The notes under the pieces were generated by a model. That model did no database searches. It was not told the DNA's origin and saw only the letters and a program-made list of their open reading frames with translations. Below are positions 8,912-18,988 of a stretch of DNA of 64,000 nt, piece after piece; position 1 is the stretch's first letter, and every line of letters begins with the position of its first letter. This stretch comes from Labedaea sp. (lineage in GTDB: Bacteria > Actinomycetota > Actinomycetes > Mycobacteriales > Pseudonocardiaceae). Location: contig JBJMIG010000059.1 in the NCBI GenBank assembly GCA_045806965.1, forward strand, positions 2,656 to 66,655, read 5' to 3'. The translations under genes and the position numbers were made by a program.

Positions 8912-9684
8912 AACCGCGCGGCCCGGACTTCGTGCAGTCGTTGGAACGCGGGCTTGCCGTGATTCGGGCGTTCGACGGCACCCGGCCGGAGCTGACCCTG
9001 AGCGAGGTCGCCGCGGCCACCGGCGTGACCAGGGCGGCGGCCCGGCGGTTCCTGCTGACCCTGGCCGAGCTGGGTTACGTGCGCGCCGACGGCCGGTACT
9101 TCTCGCTCACCGCACGGGTGCTCGAGCTCGGCTACGCGTACCTGTCCAGCCTGTCGCTGCCCGAGGTGGCCGAGCCGCACCTGGAGACACTCGTCGCGGA
9201 GGTCAACGAGTCGTCGTCGATCTCCGTGCTGGACGGCATGGACGTGGTGTACGTGGCCCGCGTGCCGACCAGCCGGATCATGACCGTGGTGATCAGCGTC
9301 GGCACCCGCTTCCCCGCGTATGCCACCTCGATGGGCCGGGTGCTGCTCGCCGGCCTGACCGAACCCGAGCTCGACGCCTATCTGGCCACCGTGAACCTGC
9401 GCCCGCTCACCACCCGCACGGTCTCGTCGGTGGCGGCGCTGCGCGGCGAGATCTCCCGGGTTCGGGCGCAGGGCTTCGCGCTGGTCAACCAGGAGCTCGA
9501 GGACGGCCTGCGGGCGATCGCCACACCGGTCCGCGACCGCACCGGCCGGATCATCGCCGCCCTCAACGTCTCCGCCAACGCCACCCGCACCTCGCTCGAG
9601 GTGATGCGCCGCGATCTGCTGCCACCCCTGCTCAAGACCGCCGCCCGGATCGAGGCCGACTTCTACGGCCGGCAGCGGCGCTGA
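8908..9684 (+). CDS. pcaR: IclR-family transcriptional regulator of the pca genes
   Basis: Starts MKPRGPDFVQSLERGLAVIRAF at an ATG overlapping the pcaC stop. IclR HTH plus effector domain. The track ORF from 8524 is over-extended. Confidence 0.8.
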   Translation: MKPRGPDFVQSLERGLAVIRAFDGTRPELTLSEVAAATGVTRAAARRFLLTLAELGYVRADGRYFSLTARVLELGYAYLSSLSLPEVAEPHLETLVAEVNESSSISVLDGMDVVYVARVPTSRIMTVVISVGTRFPAYATSMGRVLLAGLTEPELDAYLATVNLRPLTTRTVSSVAALRGEISRVRAQGFALVNQELEDGLRAIATPVRDRTGRIIAALNVSANATRTSLEVMRRDLLPPLLKTAARIEADFYGRQRR

Positions 9685-9694
9685 ACGCCGTCCG

Positions 9695-9812
9695 TTCACA
9701 GCGCAAGGTGACATTGCGCTGTTAGAACCGTAGGAAGGTCACCTTCCGCTGTATCGGCGGTCGAGCGCGGCGTCGGCTCGGCGGTACAGCGCAAGGTGAC
9801 ATTGCGCTGTAC
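9695..9812. repeat. composite palindromic repeat, locus R1 (3 hairpin cores)
   Basis: ACAGCGCAAGGTGACATTGCGCTGT at 9698-9722 and again at 9786-9810. Variant GGAAGGTCACCTTCCGCTGT at 9733-9752. Confidence 0.85.
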
Positions 9813-9909
9813 GTCGGCCACCGGCGGGTGGTGTCTTTCGCCCGGCGGTAGCAAGGACGACCTGTCCGGCGATGACATAAGCACAGATGCTGGCGCGCGA
9901 GGGCTGCCG

Positions 9910-12552
9910 ATGAGCACAGTGGAGCACGGTCACACCGCCGTGCTTGATCGACCCTGGCCGTTTGTCGGCCGCGAGCGCGAGCTTGCCCGGGTGGCGGCCG
10001 CCCTGGCCCGGCCGGACGCCGCCGGTCTGCTGTTCGCCGGGCCCGCGGGGGTGGGCAAGACCCGGCTGGCCACCGAGTGCGCCATGATCGCCGAGCGGGT
10101 CGGTTTCCGCACCGCCCGGGTGCTGGCCACCCGCGCCGCCGCCGACGTCCCGCTCGGCGCGCTGGCCCCGCTGCTGCCCGCGGACTCCCGGCGCAGCGGG
10201 CCGCACGGCAACTGGCTGCGGGCCGCCGCGGACGCGATCGCCGGCGGCCCGGACCCGCTGCTGCTCCTGGTCGACGACGCGCACCTGCTGGACAATGCCT
10301 CGGCCACGGTGGTTCAGCAGCTCGCCGCTCCCGACCGGGCGTTCGTGGTGCTCACCACCCGAACCGGGTTTCCGGCACCGGAACCCTTGCTGGCGCTGTG
10401 GAAGGACGCCATCGTCGAGCGTCTCGACCTCGCCCCGCTGACCAGGCGTGATGTCGACCAGGTGCTGGACAAGGTGCTCGGCGGCCCCATTGACGGAGCC
10501 GCCCGGCTCGAGCTGTTCCAGGCCAGCCAGGGCAACGCGCTGTTCCTGCACGAGCTGGTGCTCGGCGGGCTGGACACCGAGATCCTGCACCGCGCGCGGG
10601 GCGTGTGGCGGCTGACCAAGCGACTGGCCAGCTCGCCGCGGCTGATCGAACTGGTGCAGGCCCGGCTGGTCGACCTCTACCGGGCCGAGCGCGAGCTGCT
10701 TGAGCTGCTGGCCGTCGGCGAGCCGCTGCCGTGGGAGATCGTCGCCCGGTTCGCCGAGCCGGACATGGTGGACAAGCTGGAGCGGCAGAGCCTGGTGCAG
10801 ACCACCCAGCAGCGCAGCGGCCTCCAGGTGAGCCTGGCTCATCCGCTCTACGGCGAGGTGCTGCGCGACCAGCTGACCGCGCTTGGCCGGATGGCGACGA
10901 GCCGCCGGCTGGCTGAGGCGGCCGGCGGAGTCGAGCTGGACCGGGTCGGCGCCCTGCAGCTGGCCGTCTGGCAGCTCGACGGCGGCGGCACGATCGATCC
11001 GACGATCATGGTGGACGCGGCGAACGGCGCCCGCCGGGCCGGAAACCTGCCGCTGGCCGAGCGCCTGGCCACGGCCGCGGTCGACGCGGGCGCCGGGGTC
11101 ACGGCGGAGTTGTTGCAGGCCAAGGTGCTCGGTGAACGCGGTTGGCAGGAACGGGCCCAGGAGCTGCTGGCCGAGCTGGCCGGGCGGGCCGGCACCGACG
11201 AGGAGCGGATCGCGGTCACCATCGAGCGGGCCCGCGCGCTGCTCTACTGGCTCGGCCGGGGTGCGGAGGCGGCCCAGACCCTGGACGATGCGGCCGAACC
11301 GCTCACCGGAGCACTTCTCGACCAGCTCAACGCGCACCGCGGCCTGATCGCGTTGATGCGCGGCCGGATCGCCGACGCGCTCAGCACGGCGACCGGCTCG
11401 GCCGGCACGGCTGGCACGACCGCCCCTGGGCGCGGGTACGCCACCAGCGCGGCCACCGCCGCGGTGGCCGCGGCGCTCGCCGGGCAGTCGGCCCGGGCGA
11501 CCGCCTACGTGGAACGAGCCGAGCACGGCCGGGAGCCGGGCCGCGCCCGGCTGGCCCAGATCGTGACGCTGATCGAGTCCGGCCGGCTGGCCGAGGCGGA
11601 CACCGCCGCGACGGTGCTCTACGACCGGTCGCTGCAGGTGCGCAGCCGGACCGGGCAGGCCTGGGTGGCGATGCTGCGCGGCCGGCTCGAGCTGCTCACC
11701 GGTCAGCTCGGCCGGGCCGAGCACGCCTTCGCCGAGGGCGCCGCGATCGCCGCCGAGATCGGCCAGCTCGCGCTGCGCCGGTGGTGCGCGGCCGGAATCG
11801 CGCTGGCCGCGAGCCAACGCGGGGACCTCACCCGGACCAGGTCCGCGATCCAGGAGCTGGACGCGTTGCCGGACACCGACCTGCACCTGCTCGCCGCGGA
11901 CGAGTTCCGGGCCAGGGCGTGGGCCGCCATGCTGACCGGGAAGCTCGCGCGGGCCAAGGAGTTGCTCCGCGAGGGGGCCGAGTCGGCCCGGCGGGGCGGG
12001 ACCGCGGCGCTGGCCGCGGCCGCCTGGCACGACCTGGCCCGGCTCGGCGACCCGGAAGCCGCCAAGCCGCTGGTGGAGCTGGCCACCAGGCTGGACAACC
12101 CGCTGATCGCGGCCCGCGCCACCGCGGTCGGGGCGATGATCGACCACGAGCCGGACCGGCTGGCCGAGGCCGCGGGGCGGTTCGAGGCGATGAGCGCGCT
12201 GCTGCTCGCCGCCGAGTCGAGCGCCGCGGCCGCCGGCGAGTACCGGCGCCGGCAGGACGGCCGGGCGTCGGACCGGATGGCCGACCGGGCGCATCTGCTG
12301 TCCGACCGCTGCGACCGGGCGCACACGCCGGGCCTCACGCTCGCCGGTCCGGTGGCGGAGTTGACCAGCCGGGAGCGGGAGATCGCCGCGCTGGCCGGGA
12401 CCGGCAGCTCGAACCGGGAAATCGCCGACGCGCTCACCGTCTCGGTGCGTACCGTGGAAACACATCTGCAACGTGTGTACACCAAGCTGGGGGTGACCAG
12501 CCGGACCGGACTGGCCAGCGTCCTACGTACCAGGGGGCACAAACCTACGTAG
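9910..12552 (+). CDS. large ATP-binding LuxR-family (LAL/MalT-like) transcriptional regulator
   Basis: ATG 9910 after GAGGG. Walker A GPAGVGKTRLA near the N-terminus. C-terminal LuxR HTH (LTSREREIAALAGTGSSNREIADALTVSVRTVETHL). Confidence 0.8.
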   Translation: MSTVEHGHTAVLDRPWPFVGRERELARVAAALARPDAAGLLFAGPAGVGKTRLATECAMIAERVGFRTARVLATRAAADVPLGALAPLLPADSRRSGPHGNWLRAAADAIAGGPDPLLLLVDDAHLLDNASATVVQQLAAPDRAFVVLTTRTGFPAPEPLLALWKDAIVERLDLAPLTRRDVDQVLDKVLGGPIDGAARLELFQASQGNALFLHELVLGGLDTEILHRARGVWRLTKRLASSPRLIELVQARLVDLYRAERELLELLAVGEPLPWEIVARFAEPDMVDKLERQSLVQTTQQRSGLQVSLAHPLYGEVLRDQLTALGRMATSRRLAEAAGGVELDRVGALQLAVWQLDGGGTIDPTIMVDAANGARRAGNLPLAERLATAAVDAGAGVTAELLQAKVLGERGWQERAQELLAELAGRAGTDEERIAVTIERARALLYWLGRGAEAAQTLDDAAEPLTGALLDQLNAHRGLIALMRGRIADALSTATGSAGTAGTTAPGRGYATSAATAAVAAALAGQSARATAYVERAEHGREPGRARLAQIVTLIESGRLAEADTAATVLYDRSLQVRSRTGQAWVAMLRGRLELLTGQLGRAEHAFAEGAAIAAEIGQLALRRWCAAGIALAASQRGDLTRTRSAIQELDALPDTDLHLLAADEFRARAWAAMLTGKLARAKELLREGAESARRGGTAALAAAAWHDLARLGDPEAAKPLVELATRLDNPLIAARATAVGAMIDHEPDRLAEAAGRFEAMSALLLAAESSAAAAGEYRRRQDGRASDRMADRAHLLSDRCDRAHTPGLTLAGPVAELTSREREIAALAGTGSSNREIADALTVSVRTVETHLQRVYTKLGVTSRTGLASVLRTRGHKPT

Positions 12553-12646
12553 TCCGCGCTGACGACGCCGGTCCCCCCGGATGGTCTGCTATGGACGCCG
12601 GCACCGCACAATTGTTCTTCCGCGAACGAGGGAGCGACTCAGGGGA

Positions 12647-12907
12647 ATGCCAGGGATCGAGGACGCACTGGCGCGGTTGCACGCCGATCCAGCGTTCCGG
12701 GCGCAGCTCGCGACCGACCCACGGTCCGCGCTCGCCGGCTACGAGCTGTCCGCGGACGACCTGAGCGTGCTGGCCAGGAAGGTCGGCGCCAACGGCCGGA
12801 GCGTGGTGGAGCAGCGCACCAGCCGGGCCGGCTTCTTCGGACTGTTCGCCGAGATCACCGAGGACGCCGGCGTCGTCATCCACGGGCCAAGCTCCGCCGA
12901 TGAGTAA
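12647..12907 (+). CDS. small hypothetical helical protein (LigA-like / NHLP-leader-like N-terminal region)
   Basis: 86-aa ORF from ATG 12647 (MPGIEDALARLHADPAFRAQLATDPRSALAGYELSADDLSVLA...). High GC3. Identification is by motif resemblance only. Confidence 0.35.
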   Translation: MPGIEDALARLHADPAFRAQLATDPRSALAGYELSADDLSVLARKVGANGRSVVEQRTSRAGFFGLFAEITEDAGVVIHGPSSADE

Positions 12908-12939
12908 GCACCGCGCTCGCTTCACTTGTTACAGCGCCG

Positions 12940-15228
12940 TCATCCGAACAGGGCCGGGAGGGTGCGCTCCCAGGTGGGGCCCAGCTCGTCGAGCGGCAGC
13001 GTGGTCACGCCCTCGATCTCCAGGGTGCCCCAGGTCGGCTCGACCACACCGATCCGCGCCACCGGCAGGCCGCGCTCGGCGCACAGGTCGGTGAGTCGCG
13101 CCACGGCGGCCGGCGGCACCGCGACCAGTACCCGAGCGGCGGACTCGCTGAACAGCTGCACGAACGGGTCGCCGGCCAGGGTGACCCGGCAGCCCGTGTC
13201 GCCGATCAGGCACGACTCGACCAGCGTTTGCGCCAGCCCACCGTCGGACAGGTCGTGCGCGACGGACACCAGGCCGTCCCCCGCGGCGTCGGCGATCACC
13301 CCGGCGATCACCTTCTCCCGGGCCAGATCCACCCGTGGCGGCCGCCCACCGAGGTGACCGTGTACGACGTGCGCCCACTCCGAGCCGCCGAACTCGTCCC
13401 TGGTCTCGCCGAGCAGCAGCAGCGCGTGGCCGGCGACGTCCGGGCTGAACCCGGTGGGAATCCGGCGCGCCACGTCGTCGATCACCCCGAGCACGCCGAC
13501 CACCGGGGTGGGCAGGATCGCCGTGGACCCGGTCTGGTTGTAGAAGCTGACATTGCCGCCGGTGACCGGGATGCCAAGCGCCGCGCAGCCGTCGGCGAGT
13601 CCGCGCACCGCCTGCTGGAACTGCCACATCACGCCGGGGTCCTCGGGCGAACCGAAGTTGAGGCAGTTGGTCACGGCCACCGGGCGCGCGCCGGACGCGG
13701 CCACGTTGCGGTACGCCTCGGCCAGCGCGAGCTGGGTGCCGGCGTAGGGATCCAGGTGGACGAACCTGGCGTTGCAGTCACAGGACAGCGCCACCCCTCG
13801 GCCGCTCTCCTCGTCGATCCGGATCATGCCGGCGTCGGACGGCTGGGCCAGCACGGTGCCACCGCGCACGTACCGGTCGTACTGCTCGGTGACCCACCGC
13901 CGGGAGCACAGGTTGGCCGAGGAAGTCATGCGCAGCACGGTGAACCGCAGTTCGTCCGATGTGGACGGACGGCGCAGCGCCTCCGGCCCGTTGTCCGCGA
14001 TGGCGTCCTGACCGGCCGGCCGCTCGACCGGCCGCTCGTAGACCGGACCCTCGTGCGCGACGGTGCGCGGCGGCACGTCCACCACGGTCGCGCCGTGCCA
14101 GGTGATCACCAGGCGGTCGTCGTCGGTGACCTCGCCGATCTCGGTGGCGATCACGTCCCACTTCGCGCAGACCGCCATGAAGGCGTCCACATCGGACGGA
14201 CGGACGACCGCGCACATCCGCTCCTGCGACTCGCTGGACAGGATCTCGGCCGGCGTCATTCCGTTGGCGCGCAGCGGAACCCGGTCCAGCTCGACGCGCA
14301 TGCCGCCGTCACCGGCGCTGGCCAGCTCGCTGGTGGCGCAGGACAGCCCGGCACCGCCGAGGTCCTGGATGCCCACCACCAGCCCGAGGGCGAACAGCTC
14401 GAGGCAACACTCGATCAGCACCTTCTCGGTGAACGGGTCGCCGACCTGCACGCTCGGCAGCTTCTTGCGGCCGGCGCCACCCTCGTCGCCCGCGAAGGTG
14501 TCCGAGGCCAGCACCGATACCCCGCCGATGCCGTCCAACCCGGTCCGCGCCCCGAACAGGATCACTGTGTTGCCGGTGCCCGACGCGTGCGCCAGGTGCA
14601 GGTCCTCGACCCGCATCGCGCCCACGCACAGCGCGTTCACCAGCGGGTTTCCCTGGTAGGTCGGGTCGAACACGAGCTCGCCGCCGATGTTGGGCAGGCC
14701 GAGGCAGTTGCCGTAGCCGCCGATCCCGGCCACCACGCCGGGCAGCACCCGACGGGTGTCGTCCGCCTCCGGCGTGCCGAACCGCAACGGGTCCATCACG
14801 GCGAGCGGTCGCGCGCCCATGGCCAGGATGTCCCGCACGATCCCGCCAACCCCGGTGGCCGCGCCCTGGAAGGGCTCCACATAGGACGGGTGGTTGTGGG
14901 ACTCCACCTTGAACGTCACCGCCCAGCCGTCGCCGATGTCCACCACCCCGGCGTTCTCCCCGATGCCGGCCAGCATCGCGGCGCGCATCTCGTCGGTGGT
15001 GGTCTCACCGAAGTAGCGCAGGTGCACCTTGGACGACTTGTAGGAGCAGTGCTCGCTCCACATGACGGAGTACATCGCGAGCTCGGCGTCGGTCGGCCGG
15101 CGGCCGAGGATCTCCCGGATCCGGGCGTACTCGTCGTCCTTCAGGCCGAGCTCGCGGTAGGGCTGCGCGACGTCCGGGGTGGCCGTCGCGCGCTCGACGG
15201 TGTCAACGGAGACGGTGGTGACGGACAC
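12940..15228 (-). CDS. purL: phosphoribosylformylglycinamidine synthase subunit PurL
   Basis: 762 aa, full-length match to the PurL pattern ([19 protein letters not shown]). Confidence 0.95.
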   Translation of the reverse strand: MSVTTVSVDTVERATATPDVAQPYRELGLKDDEYARIREILGRRPTDAELAMYSVMWSEHCSYKSSKVHLRYFGETTTDEMRAAMLAGIGENAGVVDIGDGWAVTFKVESHNHPSYVEPFQGAATGVGGIVRDILAMGARPLAVMDPLRFGTPEADDTRRVLPGVVAGIGGYGNCLGLPNIGGELVFDPTYQGNPLVNALCVGAMRVEDLHLAHASGTGNTVILFGARTGLDGIGGVSVLASDTFAGDEGGAGRKKLPSVQVGDPFTEKVLIECCLELFALGLVVGIQDLGGAGLSCATSELASAGDGGMRVELDRVPLRANGMTPAEILSSESQERMCAVVRPSDVDAFMAVCAKWDVIATEIGEVTDDDRLVITWHGATVVDVPPRTVAHEGPVYERPVERPAGQDAIADNGPEALRRPSTSDELRFTVLRMTSSANLCSRRWVTEQYDRYVRGGTVLAQPSDAGMIRIDEESGRGVALSCDCNARFVHLDPYAGTQLALAEAYRNVAASGARPVAVTNCLNFGSPEDPGVMWQFQQAVRGLADGCAALGIPVTGGNVSFYNQTGSTAILPTPVVGVLGVIDDVARRIPTGFSPDVAGHALLLLGETRDEFGGSEWAHVVHGHLGGRPPRVDLAREKVIAGVIADAAGDGLVSVAHDLSDGGLAQTLVESCLIGDTGCRVTLAGDPFVQLFSESAARVLVAVPPAAVARLTDLCAERGLPVARIGVVEPTWGTLEIEGVTTLPLDELGPTWERTLPALFG

Positions 15229-15237
15229 GCGGGCAGC

Positions 15238-15918
15238 CTATCCGGCGGGTGCGCCGAGCAGGTCGAGCACCGAGGCGAACATGCCGAGACCGGCGCCGGA
15301 CGGCCCGGTGAGCGGGTCGATGGCGTGCTCCGGGTGCGGCATCAGCCCGACCACCCGGCCGTTCGCCGAGCAGATGCCGGCGATGTCGCGCACCGACCCG
15401 TTCGGGTTGCCCCCGGCGTAGCTGAACACGATGCGCCCGTCCCAGGCGAGCTTGTCCACTGTGGACTTGTCCGCCACGTAGCGGCCCTCGATGTTCTTCA
15501 CCGGGACGAGGAACTCGTCGCCGAACTGATAGCGGCTGGTCCACGCGGTGGTCGGGTTCTCCACCCGGAGCCGCTGGTCGCGGCAGACGAAGTGCAGCCC
15601 GGCGTTGCGCACCAGCGCGCCGGGCAGCAGACCGGCCTCGCAGAGGATCTGGAAGCCGTTGCAGATGCCGAGCACCGGCATGCCCTGCTTGGCGGCGGCC
15701 ACCACCAGGTCCATCACCGGGGCGAACCGGGCGATCGCGCCGGCCCGCAGGTAGTCGCCGTAGGAGAAGCCGCCGGGCACGATCACCGCGTCCACGGTCT
15801 TCAGGTCGGCGTCGCCGTGCCAGAGCGCGACCGGCTCGGCGCCGGCGTAGCGCACCGCCCTTGCCGCGTCCGCGTCGTCAAGCGTGCCGGGAAACGTGAT
15901 CACCCCGACCTTGGTCAC
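15238..15918 (-). CDS. purQ: phosphoribosylformylglycinamidine synthase glutaminase subunit PurQ
   Basis: Class I amidotransferase ([16 protein letters not shown]). Confidence 0.95.
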   Translation of the reverse strand: MTKVGVITFPGTLDDADAARAVRYAGAEPVALWHGDADLKTVDAVIVPGGFSYGDYLRAGAIARFAPVMDLVVAAAKQGMPVLGICNGFQILCEAGLLPGALVRNAGLHFVCRDQRLRVENPTTAWTSRYQFGDEFLVPVKNIEGRYVADKSTVDKLAWDGRIVFSYAGGNPNGSVRDIAGICSANGRVVGLMPHPEHAIDPLTGPSGAGLGMFASVLDLLGAPAG

Positions 15919-16157
15919 GACGACTCCACCCGGCGCACCACGAAGTTCTCGATCACCGGGTTGGCCAGGAAGCCCTTGGCGATCTTGGCCAGCGCCTCGT
16001 CGTCCACGGACTCGTCCACCTCGAGCTCGAAGTGCTTGCCCTGGCGTACGTCGGAGACGCCCTCGAAGCCGAGCCTCGGCAGCGCGCGGGCCACGGCCTG
16101 GCCCTGCGGGTCGAGGATCTCGGGCTTCGGCATGACGTCGACCACAACTCTTGGCAC
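15915..16157 (-). CDS. purS: phosphoribosylformylglycinamidine synthase subunit PurS
   Basis: 80 aa from GTG 16157 ([21 protein letters not shown]). GTGA overlap with purQ. The track start at 16241 is probably too far upstream. Confidence 0.85.
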   Translation of the reverse strand: MPRVVVDVMPKPEILDPQGQAVARALPRLGFEGVSDVRQGKHFELEVDESVDDEALAKIAKGFLANPVIENFVVRRVESS

Positions 16158-16239
16158 GACGAACAGCCTACCTGAGCTGCGTGTTCGCTCTTCGCGGATC
16201 ACCCTGGCGCGGCCCGTGGCGCCGGGCCAGGGTGGAGAC

Positions 16240-17238
16240 ATGCGACTTCTCGTGCTTGGTGGGACGGTGTTCGTCAGCTACGCGACGGCGGCCGAGGCGG
16301 TGCGGCGCGGACACGACGTGGTGTGCGCGGCGCGCGGGACGTCGGGCAAGGTGCCGGACGGCGCGAAGCTCGTCGTGGTGGACCGGGACGCACCGGACGG
16401 CCTCGAACCGCTGGCCGGTGAGCGGTTCGACGCGGTGGTGGACGTCGCCAAGATCTCCTACCCGTGGGTGGAACGGGCCCTCGACGTGCTCGGCGACCAC
16501 GCCGGGCACTGGACGTTCGTGTCCAGCGTCAGTGCCTACGCCGACGAGACCACCAAGGGCCAGCGGCCGGATGCCCCGATGCTGGCGCCCAAGCGCGAGC
16601 ACGTCAGCGCCGACGAGGAGATCATCGACCCGAAGCTGTACGGCTCGATCAAGGTGGCCAGCGAGAACGCGGTCCGGGAGCGGCTCGGCGACCGCGCGTT
16701 CGTGGTGCGTCCCGGCCTGATCACCGGCCCCGGCGACGGCACCGACCGGTTCGGTTACTGGCCGGCCCGGATGGCCCGCGGCGGCCGGGTGCTGGTGCCG
16801 GACGCACCCGAGCAGCCCAGCCAGTTCATCGACGTGCGTGACTTCGCCGCCTGGATCGTGACGGCGGCCGAGCAGCGCCTGGCCGGCACGTTCGACGCGA
16901 TCTCCGAGCCGGTGCCGCTGCCGGAGGTGCTCGCCGGGATCGCCGACGCGGTCGGCGCCGGCGACCTTGAGCTGGTGGCGGCCGCGCAGCAGGCCCTCAC
17001 CGAGGCCAAGGTCACCTACTGGAGCGGCCCTCGGTCGTTGCCGCTCTGGCTGCCGCCGAGCTACCACGGCATGGGCGCGCACGACCCGACCCCGTCGATC
17101 GACAACGGGCTGCGCATCCGCCCGGTGGCCGATGCCGCGGTCGGGGCGCTCGAGCACGAGCGCGCGTTGGGTCTCGACCGCGACCGCAGGGCCGGTCTGA
17201 GCCCGGCCGAGGAAGCCGAGGTGCTCGCGGGCTTGTAG
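16240..17238 (+). CDS. NAD-dependent epimerase/dehydratase family (SDR) protein
   Basis: ATG 16240 after [35 protein letters not shown] Rossmann N-terminus. This is only the last third of a spurious 1336-aa track ORF. Confidence 0.7.
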   Translation: MRLLVLGGTVFVSYATAAEAVRRGHDVVCAARGTSGKVPDGAKLVVVDRDAPDGLEPLAGERFDAVVDVAKISYPWVERALDVLGDHAGHWTFVSSVSAYADETTKGQRPDAPMLAPKREHVSADEEIIDPKLYGSIKVASENAVRERLGDRAFVVRPGLITGPGDGTDRFGYWPARMARGGRVLVPDAPEQPSQFIDVRDFAAWIVTAAEQRLAGTFDAISEPVPLPEVLAGIADAVGAGDLELVAAAQQALTEAKVTYWSGPRSLPLWLPPSYHGMGAHDPTPSIDNGLRIRPVADAAVGALEHERALGLDRDRRAGLSPAEEAEVLAGL

Positions 17239-17287
17239 CGGCCAGGTGACCAGGGCACGATCAGAGGTTGGTGCCGAGGAGGTCACG

Positions 17288-18862
17288 ATGGCGGATGCGT
17301 ACGACTACGTGGTTGTTGGGGCCGGCAGCGCGGGGTGCGTGCTGGCGAACCGGCTGACCGAGAACCCGTCGGTCTCGGTGCTGCTGCTTGAGGCAGGCGG
17401 TGCGGACGACGCCGACGAGATCCACATCCCGGCCGCGTTCTCGACCCTGTTCAAGACCAAGTGGGACTGGAACTACGAGACCGTCGAGCAGAAGCAGCTC
17501 GGCGGCCGGCCGACGTACTGGCCACGGATGAAGGCGCTCGGCGGCTGCTCGTCGATGAACGCCATGATCTACATCCGGGGCAACCGGGCCGACTACGACG
17601 GCTGGCGCGACCTCGGCGCCACCGGCTGGGGTTACGACGACGTACTGCCGTACTTCATCAAGGCCGAACGCAACAACCGGTTGAACGCGCCCTACCACGG
17701 CACCGACGGGCCGCTGCACGTCGAGGACCGCCGTTACACCCACCCGACCTCGCAGGCCTGGGTGGAGGCGGCCACGGCATGGGGACTCAAGCCGACCGAC
17801 GACTTCAACGGCGCCGAGCAGGAAGGCGCCGGGCTCTATCAGGTGACCTGTCACAAGGGGCGCCGCTGGTCCACCGCGGACGCCTACCTGCGGCCGGCGC
17901 TCGACCGGCCGAACCTGACGGTGCACACGCACGCGCTGGCCACCAGGATCGTGCTGGCCGGCACGCGTGCGGTCGGGGTGTCCTACCTGCGGCACGGCGA
18001 GGAGGTCACCGCACGCACGGACGGTGAGGTGTTGCTCTGCGGTGGCGCGGTCAACTCGCCGCAGTTGCTGTTGTTGTCCGGCATCGGGCCGGCCGAGCAC
18101 CTGCGCGAGCTGGACATCGACGTCGCGGTGAACCTGCCCGGCGTCGGCGAGAACCTGCACGACCACCCGGCGGCCGGGGTGCTGTGGACCACGAAGGACG
18201 GCAAGGATCTGGTGGACCTGGCGACCACCCGGCGGCTGTTGCAGTGGCAGGTGACCGGCAAGGGTCCGTTCGCCTCCAACATCGGTGAGTCCGGCGCGTT
18301 CTTCGCCACGAATGATTCCCTTGCCGCGCCGGACATTCAGGTTCACGTCGCGCCGTCGTTGTTCTACGACAACGGGATGCACGAGCCGACCGAGCGCGGC
18401 TTCACCGCCGGCGCCACCCTGGTCGACGTGGCGAGTCGCGGCCGGCTGCGGTTGCGCTCGGCGGATCCCCGCTGGCGTCCGGAGATCGACCCGGCCTACT
18501 ACGCCGACCCGCGCGACCTGGACGCCATGATCGCCGGTGTGCGCTCGGTCATCGAGATCGGCCGGGAGCACGCCATCGCCCGGTTCCTGGACAAGCCGTT
18601 CATGCCGGCCAAGGTGGAGGGCCTCACGGACGAGGAGCTGGCCGATCACGTGCGCGAGGTGACCCAGACCCTCTACCACCCGGTCGGCACCTGCGCGATG
18701 GGTTCCGACGAACAGTCCGTTGTGGACCCGGAGCTGAGGGTTCGCGGTGCGGAGGGGCTGCGCGTGGTGGATGCCTCGGTCATGCCGGTCGTCCCGCGCG
18801 GCAACACCAACGCTCCGACCATCATGGTCGCGGAGAAGGCCGCGGACCTGATCAGGGGCTAA
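17288..18862 (+). CDS. GMC-family FAD oxidoreductase (choline dehydrogenase-like)
   Basis: ATG 17288 after [29 protein letters not shown] signatures and C-terminal HPVGTCAMG. Confidence 0.9.
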   Translation: MADAYDYVVVGAGSAGCVLANRLTENPSVSVLLLEAGGADDADEIHIPAAFSTLFKTKWDWNYETVEQKQLGGRPTYWPRMKALGGCSSMNAMIYIRGNRADYDGWRDLGATGWGYDDVLPYFIKAERNNRLNAPYHGTDGPLHVEDRRYTHPTSQAWVEAATAWGLKPTDDFNGAEQEGAGLYQVTCHKGRRWSTADAYLRPALDRPNLTVHTHALATRIVLAGTRAVGVSYLRHGEEVTARTDGEVLLCGGAVNSPQLLLLSGIGPAEHLRELDIDVAVNLPGVGENLHDHPAAGVLWTTKDGKDLVDLATTRRLLQWQVTGKGPFASNIGESGAFFATNDSLAAPDIQVHVAPSLFYDNGMHEPTERGFTAGATLVDVASRGRLRLRSADPRWRPEIDPAYYADPRDLDAMIAGVRSVIEIGREHAIARFLDKPFMPAKVEGLTDEELADHVREVTQTLYHPVGTCAMGSDEQSVVDPELRVRGAEGLRVVDASVMPVVPRGNTNAPTIMVAEKAADLIRG

Positions 18863-18985
18863 AAGCGGAAGGTGACATTCCGCGGTTCGCACCGCGGAAT
18901 GTCACCTTGCGCGGTATGGCCGAGCGATCCGAAGCTGGTGCGACAGCCGCCCGAGCGAGGAACGAGCGAGGGCAGAAGATACCGC
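18863..18985. repeat. composite palindromic repeat, locus R2 (2 inverted cores plus tail)
   Basis: GCGGAAGGTGACATTCCGCGG-ttcgca-CCGCGGAATGTCACCTTGCGC, followed by a tail whose reverse complement is GTATCTTCTGCCCTCGCTCGTTCCTCGCTCGGGCGGCT. Confidence 0.85.
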
Positions 18986-18988
18986 CGG

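Noticed and set aside
9739-12471. 910-aa minus-strand ORF antisense to the LuxR-family gene. Similar long antisense ORFs occur at 44323-46698, 55528-57660, 1528-3234 and 212-1762 (upstream extension).
   Set aside because: The products are low-complexity R/G/P/A-rich with no domain motifs. The opposite strand carries clear family signatures in each case.
13228-17238. 1336-aa plus-strand ORF, the longest in the track
   Set aside because: Most of it is antisense to purL, purQ and purS. Its translation is Arg/Gly/Pro/His-rich low complexity, typical of the open antisense frame in high-GC DNA. Only the last 332 codons (from 16240) look like a real SDR protein.
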